64,000 nt of DNA from NCBI RefSeq assembly GCF_963921235.1, contig NC_086108.1, positions 20,398,001-20,462,000 of the forward strand, given 5' to 3'. Position numbers and translations under genes: made by a program. This DNA is from Mobula hypostoma. Taxonomy: Eukaryota. Positions 11,764-24,773 of this stretch are shown here, one piece after another. Position 1 is the first letter of the stretch. Each line of letters starts with the position of its first letter. The notes below the pieces were generated by a model. It saw only the letters and a list, made by a program, of their open reading frames with translations. It ran no database searches and was not told the DNA's origin.

Positions 11764-12779
11764 CCTTCAGCTATTTTCAAATATCTCACTAAACAGCCTT
11801 CATGCAAGATCCTTCCCTTTTAAATTAAAGACAATAGTTTTAGTTAAAAGATTTTCATCATTAAAACCAATTTTACTTTAAATCTTTTATTTCTTCTGCC
11901 ACCTCTGATACTGTACATACTGTAGTAAGCACCCGAAATAGAAATCCAGTGAACTCAGGCCTTTAATATGCCCAGGCTTGTCCATACTGTTCATACATTG
12001 TTGATAGATAGGACCATTCGGAGTGAATTAATTGATTCATTAAGGTAGACAATAGTCCTTAACAATAATGAAATTTCTGAATTCAGTCAAACAGTGCATA
12101 TCAAGGCAAAGAGCTAGTTTTATGAAGTCTTTCACACCAATGTCATAAATAAGCATAGGAACCAGTTTCAGGTGAGACCATTAGAGTATGGGACTGCGCA
12201 GTGGAGTAGTCTAACAAATGGTACTAAAGTTAACTGGCTAGTATCTGCTGATCGACCAGCATGTGGTCCAATTGCACCTCTAAAGTAAACAATTTGTGAG
12301 CTGCGGTTGGAAATTCTGTCCCTCTCTGAGTGTCTTTAGGAACTTGAAATGTATTCTGCTAATTTTGTTTTTCTGTGACATCTCTAAGGACTTTACAGCC
12401 TTTCAGGTGCTGACTAACATGATATTTGCTTTTTTAAAAGAGGTTCAACATAATTAACTTTGTCTTTGACCATATCCCAATTGTTTTTTGAAATTGCTTT
12501 TTCATTCTGTCTGCTTCTTTCAAGGATGTGCCAAATTACACTCAGATTTTTCCTTAGCTACTTTACCATTGTGTTTTTTATATAATGTAGTTCCTTCCTA
12601 CCAAATCATACCATTCTCTAAATTCTCACACAAAAATTTAATCTACCATATACTTGTCTATTTATCTCTCTTGAAATCTAAAACAGCCTTCCTTACTGCT
12701 CACCACATAGCCTTTGAATTTGCGTCCTGTACACACTAGTCCAAGTAAACTACTGTTTCTATTATGAGCCTTGTGAAAC

Positions 12780-13240
12780 ATCACTGCGTAAGTCCCTCAG
12801 CTCAAAAAATATATTCACTGCAATTATGCTCCCTGACCCCAAAACCAATTTTGTCTCCACGATGACAAAGACATTTTGAAAGTCCATGTACAAAACATCA
12901 ACAATATATCAGACCAGTCTGTTACCTCAGGGGAAAGCACTCAAACATTTTGCTCAAGGTTTGTTTTGAATACAGCTATGCTGATTTACTTTTATTGATC
13001 CAAATTTGTCCAAAGGATTTTTACTATTATCCCTGATATTATGCTAACAACTTCCCCACCATCTCAGTTTAAAATAACAGCTGGCATTATTTTAACATTC
13101 TTTTACAAGCAAGGGTATAACCTTTAAAATCATTATATCCTCTGAAATCTCTCCAACCGTTGCTGAAGATTGCAAGATTGGAAGATTATTGTTGATAATT
13201 TTGCATTCTTTCCTCTTATTTTCCACAACAAACCAAGATA
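12780..13240 (-). mobile_element. Very old CR1 RT fragment
   Basis: Minus strand VDVLYMDFQNV at ~12870-12902 and KVIPLLVK. Confidence 0.55.
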
Positions 13241-14011
13241 TATCCCAATTTAACAGTATGAAAAAAAACCCAAAATGCACGGGAAACACAGAGGATTGCC
13301 AAGAAAATTGCAATGAAGCATGAACCATACAGCATGGAAACAGGCCCTCAGTCCACAGACTGACGCTAACACCAAATCAATTCCAATCACTATGGTAGTG
13401 ATATTAAACCTGATTCTGAATCACTAGGGGACAGACTGAACAATTACATGTATATAGGTAATTATATAAAATACAAGCAGGCATGAGAAGGTCAAATTCT
13501 GAAGAAAGTAACAATTATACAGTCGAATCCAACATCTACCCCTTTTGATTCTAAATCACACATTTAGAATCATTACATCTGAAAATTTAGAAGCAGAAAT
13601 GCTTGTGGTATCTACACTAAGTATAAAATAATCAAAAATAGTCAAGTTTTGGACGTATAAAAGGGTAGTCATATGATTCTGTCATTGTTGGGTAGGTTAG
13701 TAGGCATGCTTACATGAGTTTAAACTATTAATAATTATTGTTATACAAGTAAAAAGATGTAAATGATGATAAAGCAAATCAGAACACATATTATCACTCA
13801 TTGTAAGTAGGGAAAATTGGCAAAAATATAACAACAAGTAATATTACAATAAACTTCATAATGTGCAGTAGCTGGTGACCTCTGTTTGAAATATTCTGCC
13901 CAGTTAGTGTTCGCTGCAGCCCAACAGCATAGGCATTATGTCATATTAACAACAGTGCTTGTTGTCTTTGGCAGGTACCAATTTAGCTCACTTGCAGTAG
14001 ATGGCATGTAT

Positions 14012-16280
14012 CATAAGACCATGAGACATAGGAGAAGAATTAGGCCATTCAGCCCATCAAGTTTGTTCTGCCATTCTATCATGGCTGATTTATCATCCCT
14101 CTGAAGATCAACCCCATTCTCCTGCCTTTGCTACACAACCTTTGACACCCTGATTAATCAACTTCCAACTTAACTATATCTAATGACTTGGCTGGCACAG
14201 CCACCTATGGCAATGAATTCCAAAGTTTCACCACCCTCTGGCTGAAGAAATTTCTCTTTCTAAATGGGCACCCCTCAATTCTGAGCCTGTGCCATCTGGT
14301 CTTAGATTTCCCCACCATAGGAAATATCCTCCCCACATCCACTTTATGCAGACTTTCAATATTTAATAGGCTGCAATGAGATCCCAGACCCTCCCACCAA
14401 TGATTCTGAACTCCAGTGAGTACAGGCCCAGAGCTATCAAACACTCCCCATATGTTAACGCTTTCATTTCTGCGATAATTCCTGTGACCCTCTTCTGAAC
14501 CCTCTCCAATGCCAGCACATCCTTCCTTAGATAAGGGGCCCAAAACTGCTCATAGTACTCCAAACGCAGTCTGACCACTGTCTTCTCAAGCCTCAGCATC
14601 ACACCCTTGTTCTTATTTTCTAGGTCTCTCAAAATGAATACATGTGTTACATACCTCAAGGAGATCTGTGACTTTTTTTTGTGAGAATGATGTGATGGTC
14701 TTTTGGAGGTCACCTGATGTAATCTTCCCGCCGATGTGAGGTTATGTGATGACATGTGCACTGCGGGTATATAAGGGAAGACTCCAGATGACGCAGTTAG
14801 TTTTTAGTTTTTAGTTTTCCAGCTAGAACATGCATCTGTGTCTCCGTTTCTGTTGCGTATTTATTTTATGACACAGTTTCATCTTTTTAAAAAATGGAGT
14901 GTTGTGTTCTGTTGCAAGGTACAATAGTGCTGGATTGGCAATGTTTGCTAGATGTGTTGATGTACCTTATTCCAGCAATAGTACGGGAGAGTGAAGATTT
15001 TATCGAAGTACAGGACCCAAAGGATTGAGACGAGTCGGTTTCGTTCGGCAGTTTAACAAAGGATTGACCTAATTGAGTCTTCGTCGAAGGAGTAGTGACC
15101 TGCATCGAAGATAACTCTTGCCAAAAGAGAAAAAGAGTTCATGCAAAGTTTGCTCTCTGGAATTTAAGGTCAGTTGTTTTAAACTGTTTATTTCCTGTAT
15201 CGTGAATCCTTTGGACAGAACCAGCAGGAAAGTCGTGTCTATAAAGAAATCCTTCTCCAGAGAAGTCTCTCCCAATTGAACATATAAATCTGTTGGACTT
15301 TCGAATTTACCATTTTAAGAACTATATCTGACTTTAGCGCTTTAAGAACTGTTTTTACATTTAATGCTTTAAGAACCAGCGCCAAGTGACGATTTGTTGA
15401 ACGGCTGCATAGGGGTTAACTTCCGCTTAAGGTTTTCGTTTGTTTTTTTTTATCGTTTATCCATGTTTAATAAATGTTCGGTTGTTTTTATATAACCTGT
15501 CTCAATTGATATTCATTGTTGCCGGTTACGTAACACATTGCATTTGCCTTCCTTACCACTGACTCAACCTGCAAGTTAATCTTTAGGGAATCCTGCATGA
15601 GGACTCCCAAGTCCTTCTGCCTGCTGATGTTTGAAATTTCTCCACATTTAGTAAATAGTCCGCACCTTAAGTCATTGTGCCAAAGTGCATGACCGTGTTC
15701 TTCCCTACATTATATTCAATCTTCCACTACTTCGCCCATTCCCTCAATCTGTCAAAGTCCTTCTGAAGACATGCTGCTTCCTCACGCCACCTGCCCCTCA
15801 CCTGTCTTCATATCATCCACAAAATTGGCCAGAAAACCATCAATTCCTTCATCCAAATCATTGGAATATAATGTGAAAAGAAGCGGTCCCAACATTGACC
15901 CCTGTAGCACACTACTAGTCATTGGCAGCCGACCAGAAAAAGCCCCCTTTCTTCCCACTCTTTACCTTCTGCCAGTCAGCCAATCTTCTATCCATATTAG
16001 TATCTTTCCTTGTTAAGCAGCCTCATGTGCGGCACCTTGTCAAAAGCCTTCCCAAAATCCAAGTAAACAACATCCACTGGCTCTCCTTTGTCTATCCTGC
16101 CTGTTATTTCTTCAAAGAATTTCAACAGCTTTGTCAGGCTTTCCCCCATGCTGACTTTGGCCTATTTTATCATGTGCCTCCAAGTACCCCAAAACCTCAT
16201 CCTTAATAATAGATTCTAACATTTTCCAATCACTGAAGACAGGCTAACTGGCCTATCATTTCCTTTCTTCTACTGCTTCC
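14012..16280 (-). mobile_element. CR1 LINE 3' half, interrupted by a solo LTR
   Basis: Tail CATAAGACCATGAGAC and LEYYEQFWAPYLRKDVLALERVQKR. RT motifs continue at 15536-16280. Confidence 0.88.
14645..15535 (+). mobile_element. Solo LTR (Gypsy-like)
   Basis: TGTTAC...GTAACA termini and a 4-bp TSD CATG/CATT. TATATAA at ~14768 and AATAAA at ~15469. It cleanly interrupts a CR1. Confidence 0.85.
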
Positions 16281-16593
16281 CAGGAAAGCAGCATGCATCG
16301 TCGGGGACCAGCACTTCACTTGCCTCATCATTGAACTGTTCCCACAACCTATGGACTCACTTTCAAGGACTCTTCACCTCATGTTCTCAATAGTTGTTAT
16401 CATTATTTCTTTTTTTGTTTAGTATTTGGACAGTTTGTTTTCTTTTGCACACTTGTTTTCCATATTGTTGGGCGCCATCTATCATTGAGTCTATTATGGT
16501 TATTGGATTTACTAAGTATACCCACAAGAAAACAAATCATAGATGAGATATATGTACTTTGATAATAAATTTACTTCGAATTTTGAACTTTGA
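16281..16593 (+). mobile_element. Rex1-type 3' UTR fragment
   Basis: Homologous to 29813-30085 and ends in an (ACTTTGA)n-like tail. Confidence 0.7.
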
Positions 16594-17207
16594 GCATTGA
16601 AAATGGTGGAAAGACAGGAGTGTCAGGGAGTGTTTCACTTTTTCAGGTTATCCTGCTTTTGACCTGTTTTTGTAATTACAATATTTTTGTAACTTCTCCA
16701 GCTGAGTTTCTGGTCTCCACCATTAACATCCTGATGTTTCTGTGATTGTGAATGAATGGATATAAGGATAATGCATTTCTTTTTCAGCTCAGCTCTTGTG
16801 GATTCATATTTAATTAATGATAGGGCATTGAAACACGCATCAAAATAAATAGAGCTAATTAACAGAAATCATGTTTCAAAATTAGAGGCATTGAGAACAT
16901 CTAACTACTACACACAATAACAATGCAAAATCAAAGGGAGAAAACTTACAGTTTGTAAAATTTATTTGTGATTTAGTATCATACTTTTATTTTCTATTTG
17001 TGCATTAGTACCATAGGAGAGATGTCAATCTAAAGGTTTAAAACTTCAACTAAAAAACAGATAGAAATCATATTCATTATTTACTGTCAAGCAAGTTGTA
17101 AACATGAGAAATTGAATTATATTAATCATGTTTAAAGTAAAAAAATATTAAAAATTTGACATTTTTCAGGATTTATTACAACTCTTGATGCAATGCTTAA
17201 TTCTTAC

Positions 17208-17849
17208 TGGCATGCTGGCCTTCATAACAAGGGGAATTGAGTATAAGAGCAAGGAGGTCCTTCTGCAGCTGCACAGGGCCCTGGTGAGACCACACCTGGA
17301 GTACTGTGTGCAGATTTGGTCTCCAAATCTGAGGAAGGACATTCTTGCTGTTGAGGGAGTGCAGCGTAGGTTCACAGGGTTAATTCCTGGGATGGCGGGA
17401 CCGTCATATGTTGAAAGATTGGAGCAACTGGGCTTGTATACTCTAGAATTTAGAAGGCTGAGAGGGGATCTTATTGAAACATATAAGATTGTTAAGGGAT
17501 TGGACACGCTGGAGGCAGGAAGCATGTTCCTGCTGATGGGTGAGTCCAGAACCAGAGGCCACAGTTTAAGAATTAGGGATAGGCTATTTAGAACAGAGTT
17601 GAGGAAAACTTTTTCACCCAGAGAGTGGTGGATATATAGAATGCTCTGCCCCAGAAGGCTGTGGAGGCCAAGTCTCTGGATGCTTTCAAAAAAGAGATGG
17701 ATAGAGCTCTTAAAGATAGTGGAATCAAAGGTTATGGGGATAAGGCAGGAACTGGATACTGATAGTGGATGATCAGCCATGATCACAGTGAATGGCGGTG
17801 CTGGCTCGAAGGGCCTAATGACCTACTCCTGTACCTATTGTCTATTGTC
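17208..17849 (+). mobile_element. Young 5'-truncated CR1
   Basis: ORF 17185-17772. Very similar to 27658-28300, with a (CTATTGT)n tail. Confidence 0.93.
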
Positions 17850-17875
17850 AATGGCAATAACAGATTCAAGCTGTG

Positions 17876-18163
17876 TGTTACAGTAGCATAGTGGTTAGCT
17901 TGATGCAATTACAACTCGGGGCATAGAGGTTCAGAGTTCAATTCCAGTGCTGTCTGCAAGGAGTTTGTATATTCTCCTCATGACCAACTAGATTTCCTCT
18001 GGATGCTACAGTTTCCTCCCACAGTCCAAAGACATACTGACTAGTAGGCTGATTAGCCATTGTAAATGGTCATGTGAATAGACTAGGGTTAAATAGGTGG
18101 TTTGCTGGGCAGCGCACCCTTTGGGTAGGAAGGGCCTGTTCTGTGCTGTATCTCTAAATAAAT
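17876..18163 (+). mobile_element. V-SINE (HE1-like) tRNA-derived SINE
   Basis: A box TAGCATAGTGG, B box GTTCAATTCC, V-domain TTTCCTCCCACAGTCCAAAGAC and CR1-like tail GAAGGGCCTGTT...TAAATAAA. Confidence 0.85.
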
Positions 18164-19071
18164 GTCACAAATAAACATTTGTGAAGAAAGGTCGTAGCTG
18201 AAACATTCTCCTTAGATGTTCATCACTCTGCCATACTTTTTAATCAATTTTATGGCACTTACTGCTTTACAGAACCAAAACCAAAAAATATAGTGAGTGA
18301 GATGGAATTGGTGAGTTGGAAAATGACTTATATGGTGACATAGGCTTCTCCACTGTCAAAAATTCATTAAAAGCTTCAAGAGCTAATACTCTCACATTCT
18401 AAAACACCAAGAGGTAAGCAACCATTTGAAAGTGTGCAAGTCAGAAGTTTCAAACCTGGCATCTGTTTCATATTTTAAAATCTTTGCACTTTATTCAAAA
18501 ACTGGGCTGTCTAATCCAATATCAGAATGGTGTCAAACTCTGTTTCATGTTTTATTCACACAATATCCTTCACAGTTCATACCTTAATTTTAACCACACA
18601 GGGTAGTTTTATAGTTTTCACAGTCCATACTTTAACCACTGAGTATAGTTTTACATTGCACAGTTTGGCAGTGGTCTAATTACCCCGGCTTTCACCATTA
18701 TAAATAATAATCCATTCACTGTTCAGCTAAGTATGTCTGTGCAACGCCTCATTACTCAATAACTACAAGTGTCTCGCCAGGGCATATGTCTAATCTGCCT
18801 GAGGTTGTTCTCTATAAAAATAAATTATAACATTCGTGATCAATAAGCATTTGTCCCACAGCGTCCTTCCTGTGGACTTTGGTATTTTACAAGGTGAAGC
18901 AGATAGGCAATATTAGCATGTACTTAATGGAATACTTTTCCAATTCAGGCGCCTACTCTCAAGAATCAAATATTCCCCTTCCCTGTCCCCAGAACATGTA
19001 CAAGAAATCTAGCTGTAGAGCAAATCTTCTGTTGCTTGAATTACACCTCACCCTGCTATATCAACATATTC

Positions 19072-19337
19072 ATTTATTTAGCAATACAAAATGGAGTAGT
19101 CCTTCCAGCCCTTTGGCCACACCGCTCCATTACCACACAACCCCGAAGAACCCTAACCTAATCACGGGACAATTTACAATGATCAATTAACCTAACTGGC
19201 ACGTCTTTTGACCATGGGAGGCAGCCGAAGCCCATGCGTTCCACAAGGAGGACATACAGAGACTCCTCGCAGTACGGCTCCAGAATGCCCTGCGCTGTAA
19301 TAGCGTTGCACTAACCGCTATGCTACCGTGCTGCCCT
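19072..19337 (-). mobile_element. V-SINE (HE1-like)
   Basis: Reverse complement begins GGGCAGCACGGTAGCATAGCGGTTAG. V-domain and tail are homologous to the other copies. Confidence 0.85.
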
Positions 19338-19436
19338 GATCTTCAAAGAAGTCCCAATTTAGTCCTGATCTTCAAAGGAGTCTCCTGTTGCTCTTAAGCA
19401 TTAATTTTCCATCTGATCTCAGCCACCTCAGAGGCC

Positions 19437-19830
19437 AATGATTTGGATAATGGAATTGATGGCTTTGTGGCAAAGTTTGCGGATGATATGAAAATAGGTG
19501 GAGGGTTAATGATTGGATAATGTTAAGACCATTGCTTCAGAAAATGAGACAGCAAGACCTGGACAGCCCTTGCACCTAAGATGATAAGTAAGATTATTGT
19601 CAGACCAGGGTCAGGCAATAACCATCTTCAACAAGATGTAACCACTTCTCATTGACATTCATCAGCCTTAGCATGACTGAAATGCACATCGTCAGGGTCA
19701 TCAATGACCAGAAACTTACCTAGATAAACGCTATAGCTACAAAGGCAAGGTATTTCACAGATGATGACTCACTGCCTGCTTGACCAAAGCCAAACTGAAA
19801 CTGCTCAGTAATGGACACACTATCCACTAG
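19437..19830 (+). mobile_element. Small CR1 RT piece (19437-19507) next to an ancient L2/CR1-group fragment
   Basis: NDLDNGIDGFVAKFADDMKIGGG, then decayed QQDLDS...QAITIFNK...VINDQKL-like sequence. Confidence 0.55.
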
Positions 19831-20526
19831 CTTAAACATTAATTTCCTCTGTCAGAAATGCATCACCTTCAAAGTTGGTACATAACTTTCCTGAAGGGAG
19901 CAGATTGACAATCACTTTAGAAGTTTCTCCTGTGAAATAGTTTAACACTTTGATCAGTAGAACCATTCGTATGAGATCAAGGTTCGTGTGCATTAGCAGT
20001 TAAAAAAGCAAGTTCACCGTATCTCCTTAACACTATTCTGTCTGCTTCTTATGTAGTACATTCTGCTGAAGACAGAACTGTTATCAAATTACAAAACAGT
20101 ACTAATGGTGTCTAAAATTTCTCATTGTATAGTTATTCTGTAAACTCATTAAAACCAGTATGTTTTATGTTATATTGTATACTCAAGCTGCATATCTTCA
20201 ATATTGTGATTTAGCCCAATTATTTTAACACATTAAAGAGTTATACAGCACAGAAGCAGCCCATTCAGCCAAACTTGCCAATGGCAATTAAGATATCTAT
20301 CTGAGCCAGTCTGACTTGCTAGCATTTAATCTTTATGTCTTCCTTGATTGCAATGTTGGTTAGCTGAAAGTTCTGCAGAGACCCACCAACCTAGTACAAC
20401 TTGTACAACACCACATTCTGGTCTTCATTTCCTAGGCAATGCACTGCAGAAGTATGGACCATACTGGAAATCAGACCTGTGAGTGAACTTGACCTTATCA
20501 TGCTCCAGCCCTGGACTACCAATCAG

Positions 20527-21119
20527 GCCACAACAACAACCTCTCAATCAATGTCAGCAAGAACAAGGAGCTGATTATTAATTTCAGGAGGAGGAAACTG
20601 GAGGTCCATGAGACAGTCCTCATCGGGTGATCGGAGGTGGAGAGATCAGCAACTTTAAATTTGTCGGTGTTATTATTTCAGAGGGTCTGTCCTGGCTCCA
20701 GCATGTAAGTGCCATACAAAGAAAGCACCGCAGCGCCTCTACTTTCTTAGATGTTTGTGAAGATTTGGTATGTCATCTAAAACTCTGACAAACTTTTTAT
20801 AGACATGTGGTGGAGAGTATATTGACTGGTTGCATCGTGGCCTGGTATGGAAACAACATTGCCCTAGACCAAAGGCATACAAAAAGTAGTGGATATGGCT
20901 CAGACCATCACAGGTAAAGCCCTCCCCACCATTGAGCATATCTCCATGAAGCACTGTCACAGGAAAGCAGCATCCAACATCAAGGACCCCACCATCCAGG
21001 CCATGTTCTCTTCTTGCTTCTTGCATCAGGAGGAAGGTACAGGAGCCTCAGGGCCCACATCACCAGGTTCAGGAACAGTTACTGCCCCTCAACCATGGTG
21101 CTCACTCACCCCATCACTG
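20527..21119 (+). mobile_element. Rex1-type LINE 3' part (resumes at 29806)
   Basis: NNLSINVSKNKELIINFR, VESILTGCIVAWYG and LPTIEHI motifs. Confidence 0.85.
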
Positions 21120-21452
21120 CATAAGACCATAAGACATAGGAGCAGAATTAGGCCATCTGGCCCCTCAAGTCTGGTCTGCCATTCAATCATGGCTGATCCT
21201 TTTTTTCTGTCTCCTCCTCAACCCCATTCCCGGGCTTCTCCCCGTAACCTTTGATGCCATGTCCAATCAAGAAGCTATCAATCTCTGCCTTAAATACACT
21301 CAGCGACCTGGCCTCCACAGCTGTATATTCATCAAATTCACCACCCTTTGGCTAAAGAAATTTCTCCACATCTCTGTTTTGAAAGGGCGCCCCTCTTCTC
21401 CTAGACTTTCCCACTATAGGAACCATCCTTTCCGCATCTACCCTGTCTAGGC

Positions 21453-24184
21453 CCAGGGTGTCAAACTACTGGCCCATGAAGGGGTCCGATGCGGCCCGCG
21501 GGATGATTTGGGGAAAAAAAGTATATTTGTGACCATTTATTATGTATCTGTACTGCAGTCGCTCTCTCTCCCACCGCTGTCTGTGCTGCCTGCTGCACCA
21601 GCAGCTTGTTGTGTGTACTTAGAAAACAATAGTTGGCAGTCAACCACCCGCTGTGCATAAGCACCTACCACCCTGCACTGAAGACCACTAGGGCCCCACT
21701 TACGTCGTCAGACACAGTATATACACACACAGAGTACTCAGGTAAGGAACACCTGTAACAAGGCTGAGACTGTTTGCTGCTGTGGTTCAAAATGCTTTCC
21801 AAGAAAAGAAAAGTTGGCATCGAAGGTCAGATATTCAATAATAATTGGAAAGATCGTTTTTCTTCTGTGAGGTCAAAGGCAAACCTCTGTGTCTGATATG
21901 CTCGTAACAAGTGGCTGTGTCAAAAGAGTACAATATCAAATGACACTATGAGACGTCACACAGAGAAAAATATGGCAAGTATGCAGGATGACTCAGAATG
22001 CAAAAGGTAAACGAGCTTGAAGCAGCTCTGAAAAAAACAGCAATCAGTGTTCACCAAAAGTCAAGAGACTCATGATGGAGCTGTCAAGGCCAACAAAATA
22101 GCAGCTGCGTTGAAGCCATACTCAGAGGGGGAATTCATCAAAGCATGCATGCTGACGGTGGCTGAGCTGGTGTGCCCTGAGAAGAGACAGGCCTTTGGTA
22201 ATATCAGCTTGTCAAGAAATACTGTGGCAGAGAGAATCGGGAGATTTGAACAGTCAACTAAAAGATAAAGTGAAGTCATTTATTGCCTTCTCTATTGTAA
22301 TTGATGAGAGCACTGACGTGACTGATGTAGCTCAATTGGGAATATTTATTTGTGGTGTTGATGCATCTTTGACCGTCACCGAGGAGTTTGTGGAGATGCT
22401 GCCCATGACAAACACCACAACGGCAAACGACGTTTTCTCCAGCCTTGTTGAGGCCTTGGACAGACTGGGGGTTGACTGGAGTTACGCTGTCAGCATGGCA
22501 ACAGATGGCGCACCGTCCATGTTCGGGAAAAAGGTAGGTGTTGTTGCAAAACTCAGAGAGAAAGTTCAGACAGAGAATCCGGAGCAGGAATTCTGGAATT
22601 TTCATTGTATTATACACCAAGAGGCACCAAGAGCCTGAAAATGGACAATGTCATGAATGTAGTAATCAAAACAGTTAATTTTATTAGAGCTAAGGGACAC
22701 AACCATTGGCAATTTGACACTCTTTTGTCCAAAAGTAATACTGGACACAGCCTACCCTACCACACTGAAGTCCGCTGGTTGAGCAGAGGGGTTCTGTTCA
22801 AACGTTTTTTTCAATTACGTGCAGAAATTGGACTATTCATGAACGAGAAAGGGAAGCCAGTGGCAGAGTTGGATGACTCAGACTGGCTTCCTGATCTTGC
22901 ATTTTTGGTGGATATAACAGAGCACTTAAATATGCTTAATATTAACATGCAAGGCCACAACAAACTTGTTACGGAATACTATGACAGCATTTGTGCTTTT
23001 CAAATTAAATTAGGCCTGTGGGAGATGCAACTATCCTGGAGCAACCCAGCTCATTTCTCCTCTTTGCAGTCTGTGCGTGTCACTCATGGGAATAATGACA
23101 ATATGGACAGGTACAAGGACAAGATATCACGGCTGAAAAGTGAGTTTCAGAATCGTTTCCAAGTCTCCACTCAGCTCAAGAGGGAATTCTTACTATTTTC
23201 CTCTCCGTTTGCCGTCAACGCAGCATCAGATGTGCTGGAGGAACTCCAAATGGAACTAATTGAAATTCAGTGTAACTCGGCTTTCAAATATAAATTTGAG
23301 ACTGTGGGTCTGGACTCATTCTATCAATACCTGGGACCGATGTACCCCAAGATGACAGACTTTGCCTCAAAGATCCTTTGCATGTTCGGGACAACATATC
23401 CCTGTGAGCAGGCGTTCTTCATAGTGAACATTAACAAATCCAAACTGCGCTCGCAGCTGACACACAGACATCTAAATGACATTATGAAAATCACAACTGC
23501 CTAGAAACTGGTCCCTGATGTTGACAGGCTGGTTAAAGCCAAGAGATGTCAGGTGTCTGGAAGCAGCAAGTGAAAAATGAGTGACACTGTCTGATGCACT
23601 GCGACATGTAAGCAAAATGCATTATGAAATATTGAGTGTCATAATATTGTGATTCATTCATTTTCTGACTATTATTGTAAATGTGATCACTTCAATAAAA
23701 ATTAGAGGCTAACTGTGTTCATTGTCTGAGTTTGATTGCTGGAAGCAGGCTAATAAAATTTAGGTGCAGTTGTGTAGCCTACATTTACAATTTGTTTCGT
23801 TAGGTCTACATTTGTGTCTGCTAATGTTCGATTTCAAATGGTTTGTTAATGGAAGGGTGTGGCTCCCAGAACAATCTTAGCCAAAATAGCATCGTTTTTC
23901 TCTCTCTCATCACAACTTTCTTGTAGGCTACGACTGTAAGTTAATACCAATCATAAAAATAATGCTTGCTAGGCAATCTTCTTCATAAGAAGCGAAATTC
24001 GTAAAGTGAAACACTTTGTAGTTATAGCAGAGACTGAGACACATGAAAGCAGGTTGAAAAAACGAAGGCAACGAAAGCTGTGGGAGCACGCGCGTGTGTT
24101 CATGCATGCACAACTGATCCGGTCCGCATGAAGTTGCATTTTTCCCAATCTGGCCTGTGACCTAAAATGAGTTTGACACCCCTG
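21453..24184 (+). mobile_element. hAT (Charlie/SPIN-like) DNA transposon, full length
   Basis: 8-bp TSD GTCTAGGC at 21445-21452 and 24185-24192. TIRs CCAGGGTGTCAAAC and GTTTGACACCCCTG enclose a transposase. Confidence 0.95.
21792..23573 (+). pseudogene. hAT transposase (GTF2IRD2/Charlie-like), frameshifted with stops
   Basis: MLSKKRKV N-terminus, DESTD, TDGAPSM, HCIIHQE, EVRWLSRG, FGTTYPCEQAF and a KRCQVSG C-terminus. Confidence 0.92.
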
Positions 24185-24773
24185 GTCTAGGCCTTTCAAC
24201 ATTCTAAAGGTTTCAATGAGATCCACCCCCGCCCCCCATCCTTCTGAATTCCAGTGAATACAGACCCAGAGCCATCAAATGTTCCTCATATGATAACCCT
24301 TTCATTCCTGGAATCATCCTTGTGAACCTCCTCTGTACCCTCTCCAATGTCAGCATGTCTTTTCTAAGATGAGGGACCCAAAACTGTTCACAATACTCAA
24401 GACGAGACCTCACCAGTGCCTTATAAAGCCTCAGCATCACATCCTTGCTCCTGTATTCTAGACCTCTTGAAATGAATGCTAACATGGTATTTGCCTTCCT
24501 CACCACTGACTCAACCTGTAAGTTAACCTTCACTATGTTCTGCACAAGGACTCCCAGGACCCTCTGCATCTCATATTCTTGGATTTTCTCCCCGTTTAGA
24601 AAATAGCCCGTACATTTGTTTCTACTACCAAAGTGCATGACCATGCATTATCCAACATTGTATTTCATTTCACTTTCTTGCCCATTCTCCTAATCTGTCT
24701 AAGTCCTTTGCACCCTACCTGTTTCCTCAACACTACCTACCCCTCCACCGATCTTCGTATCATCTGCGAACTT

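Noticed and set aside
21792..23573. Domesticated GTF2IRD2-like gene
   Set aside because: Stops, frameshifts, TIRs and a TSD show it is a dead transposon copy.
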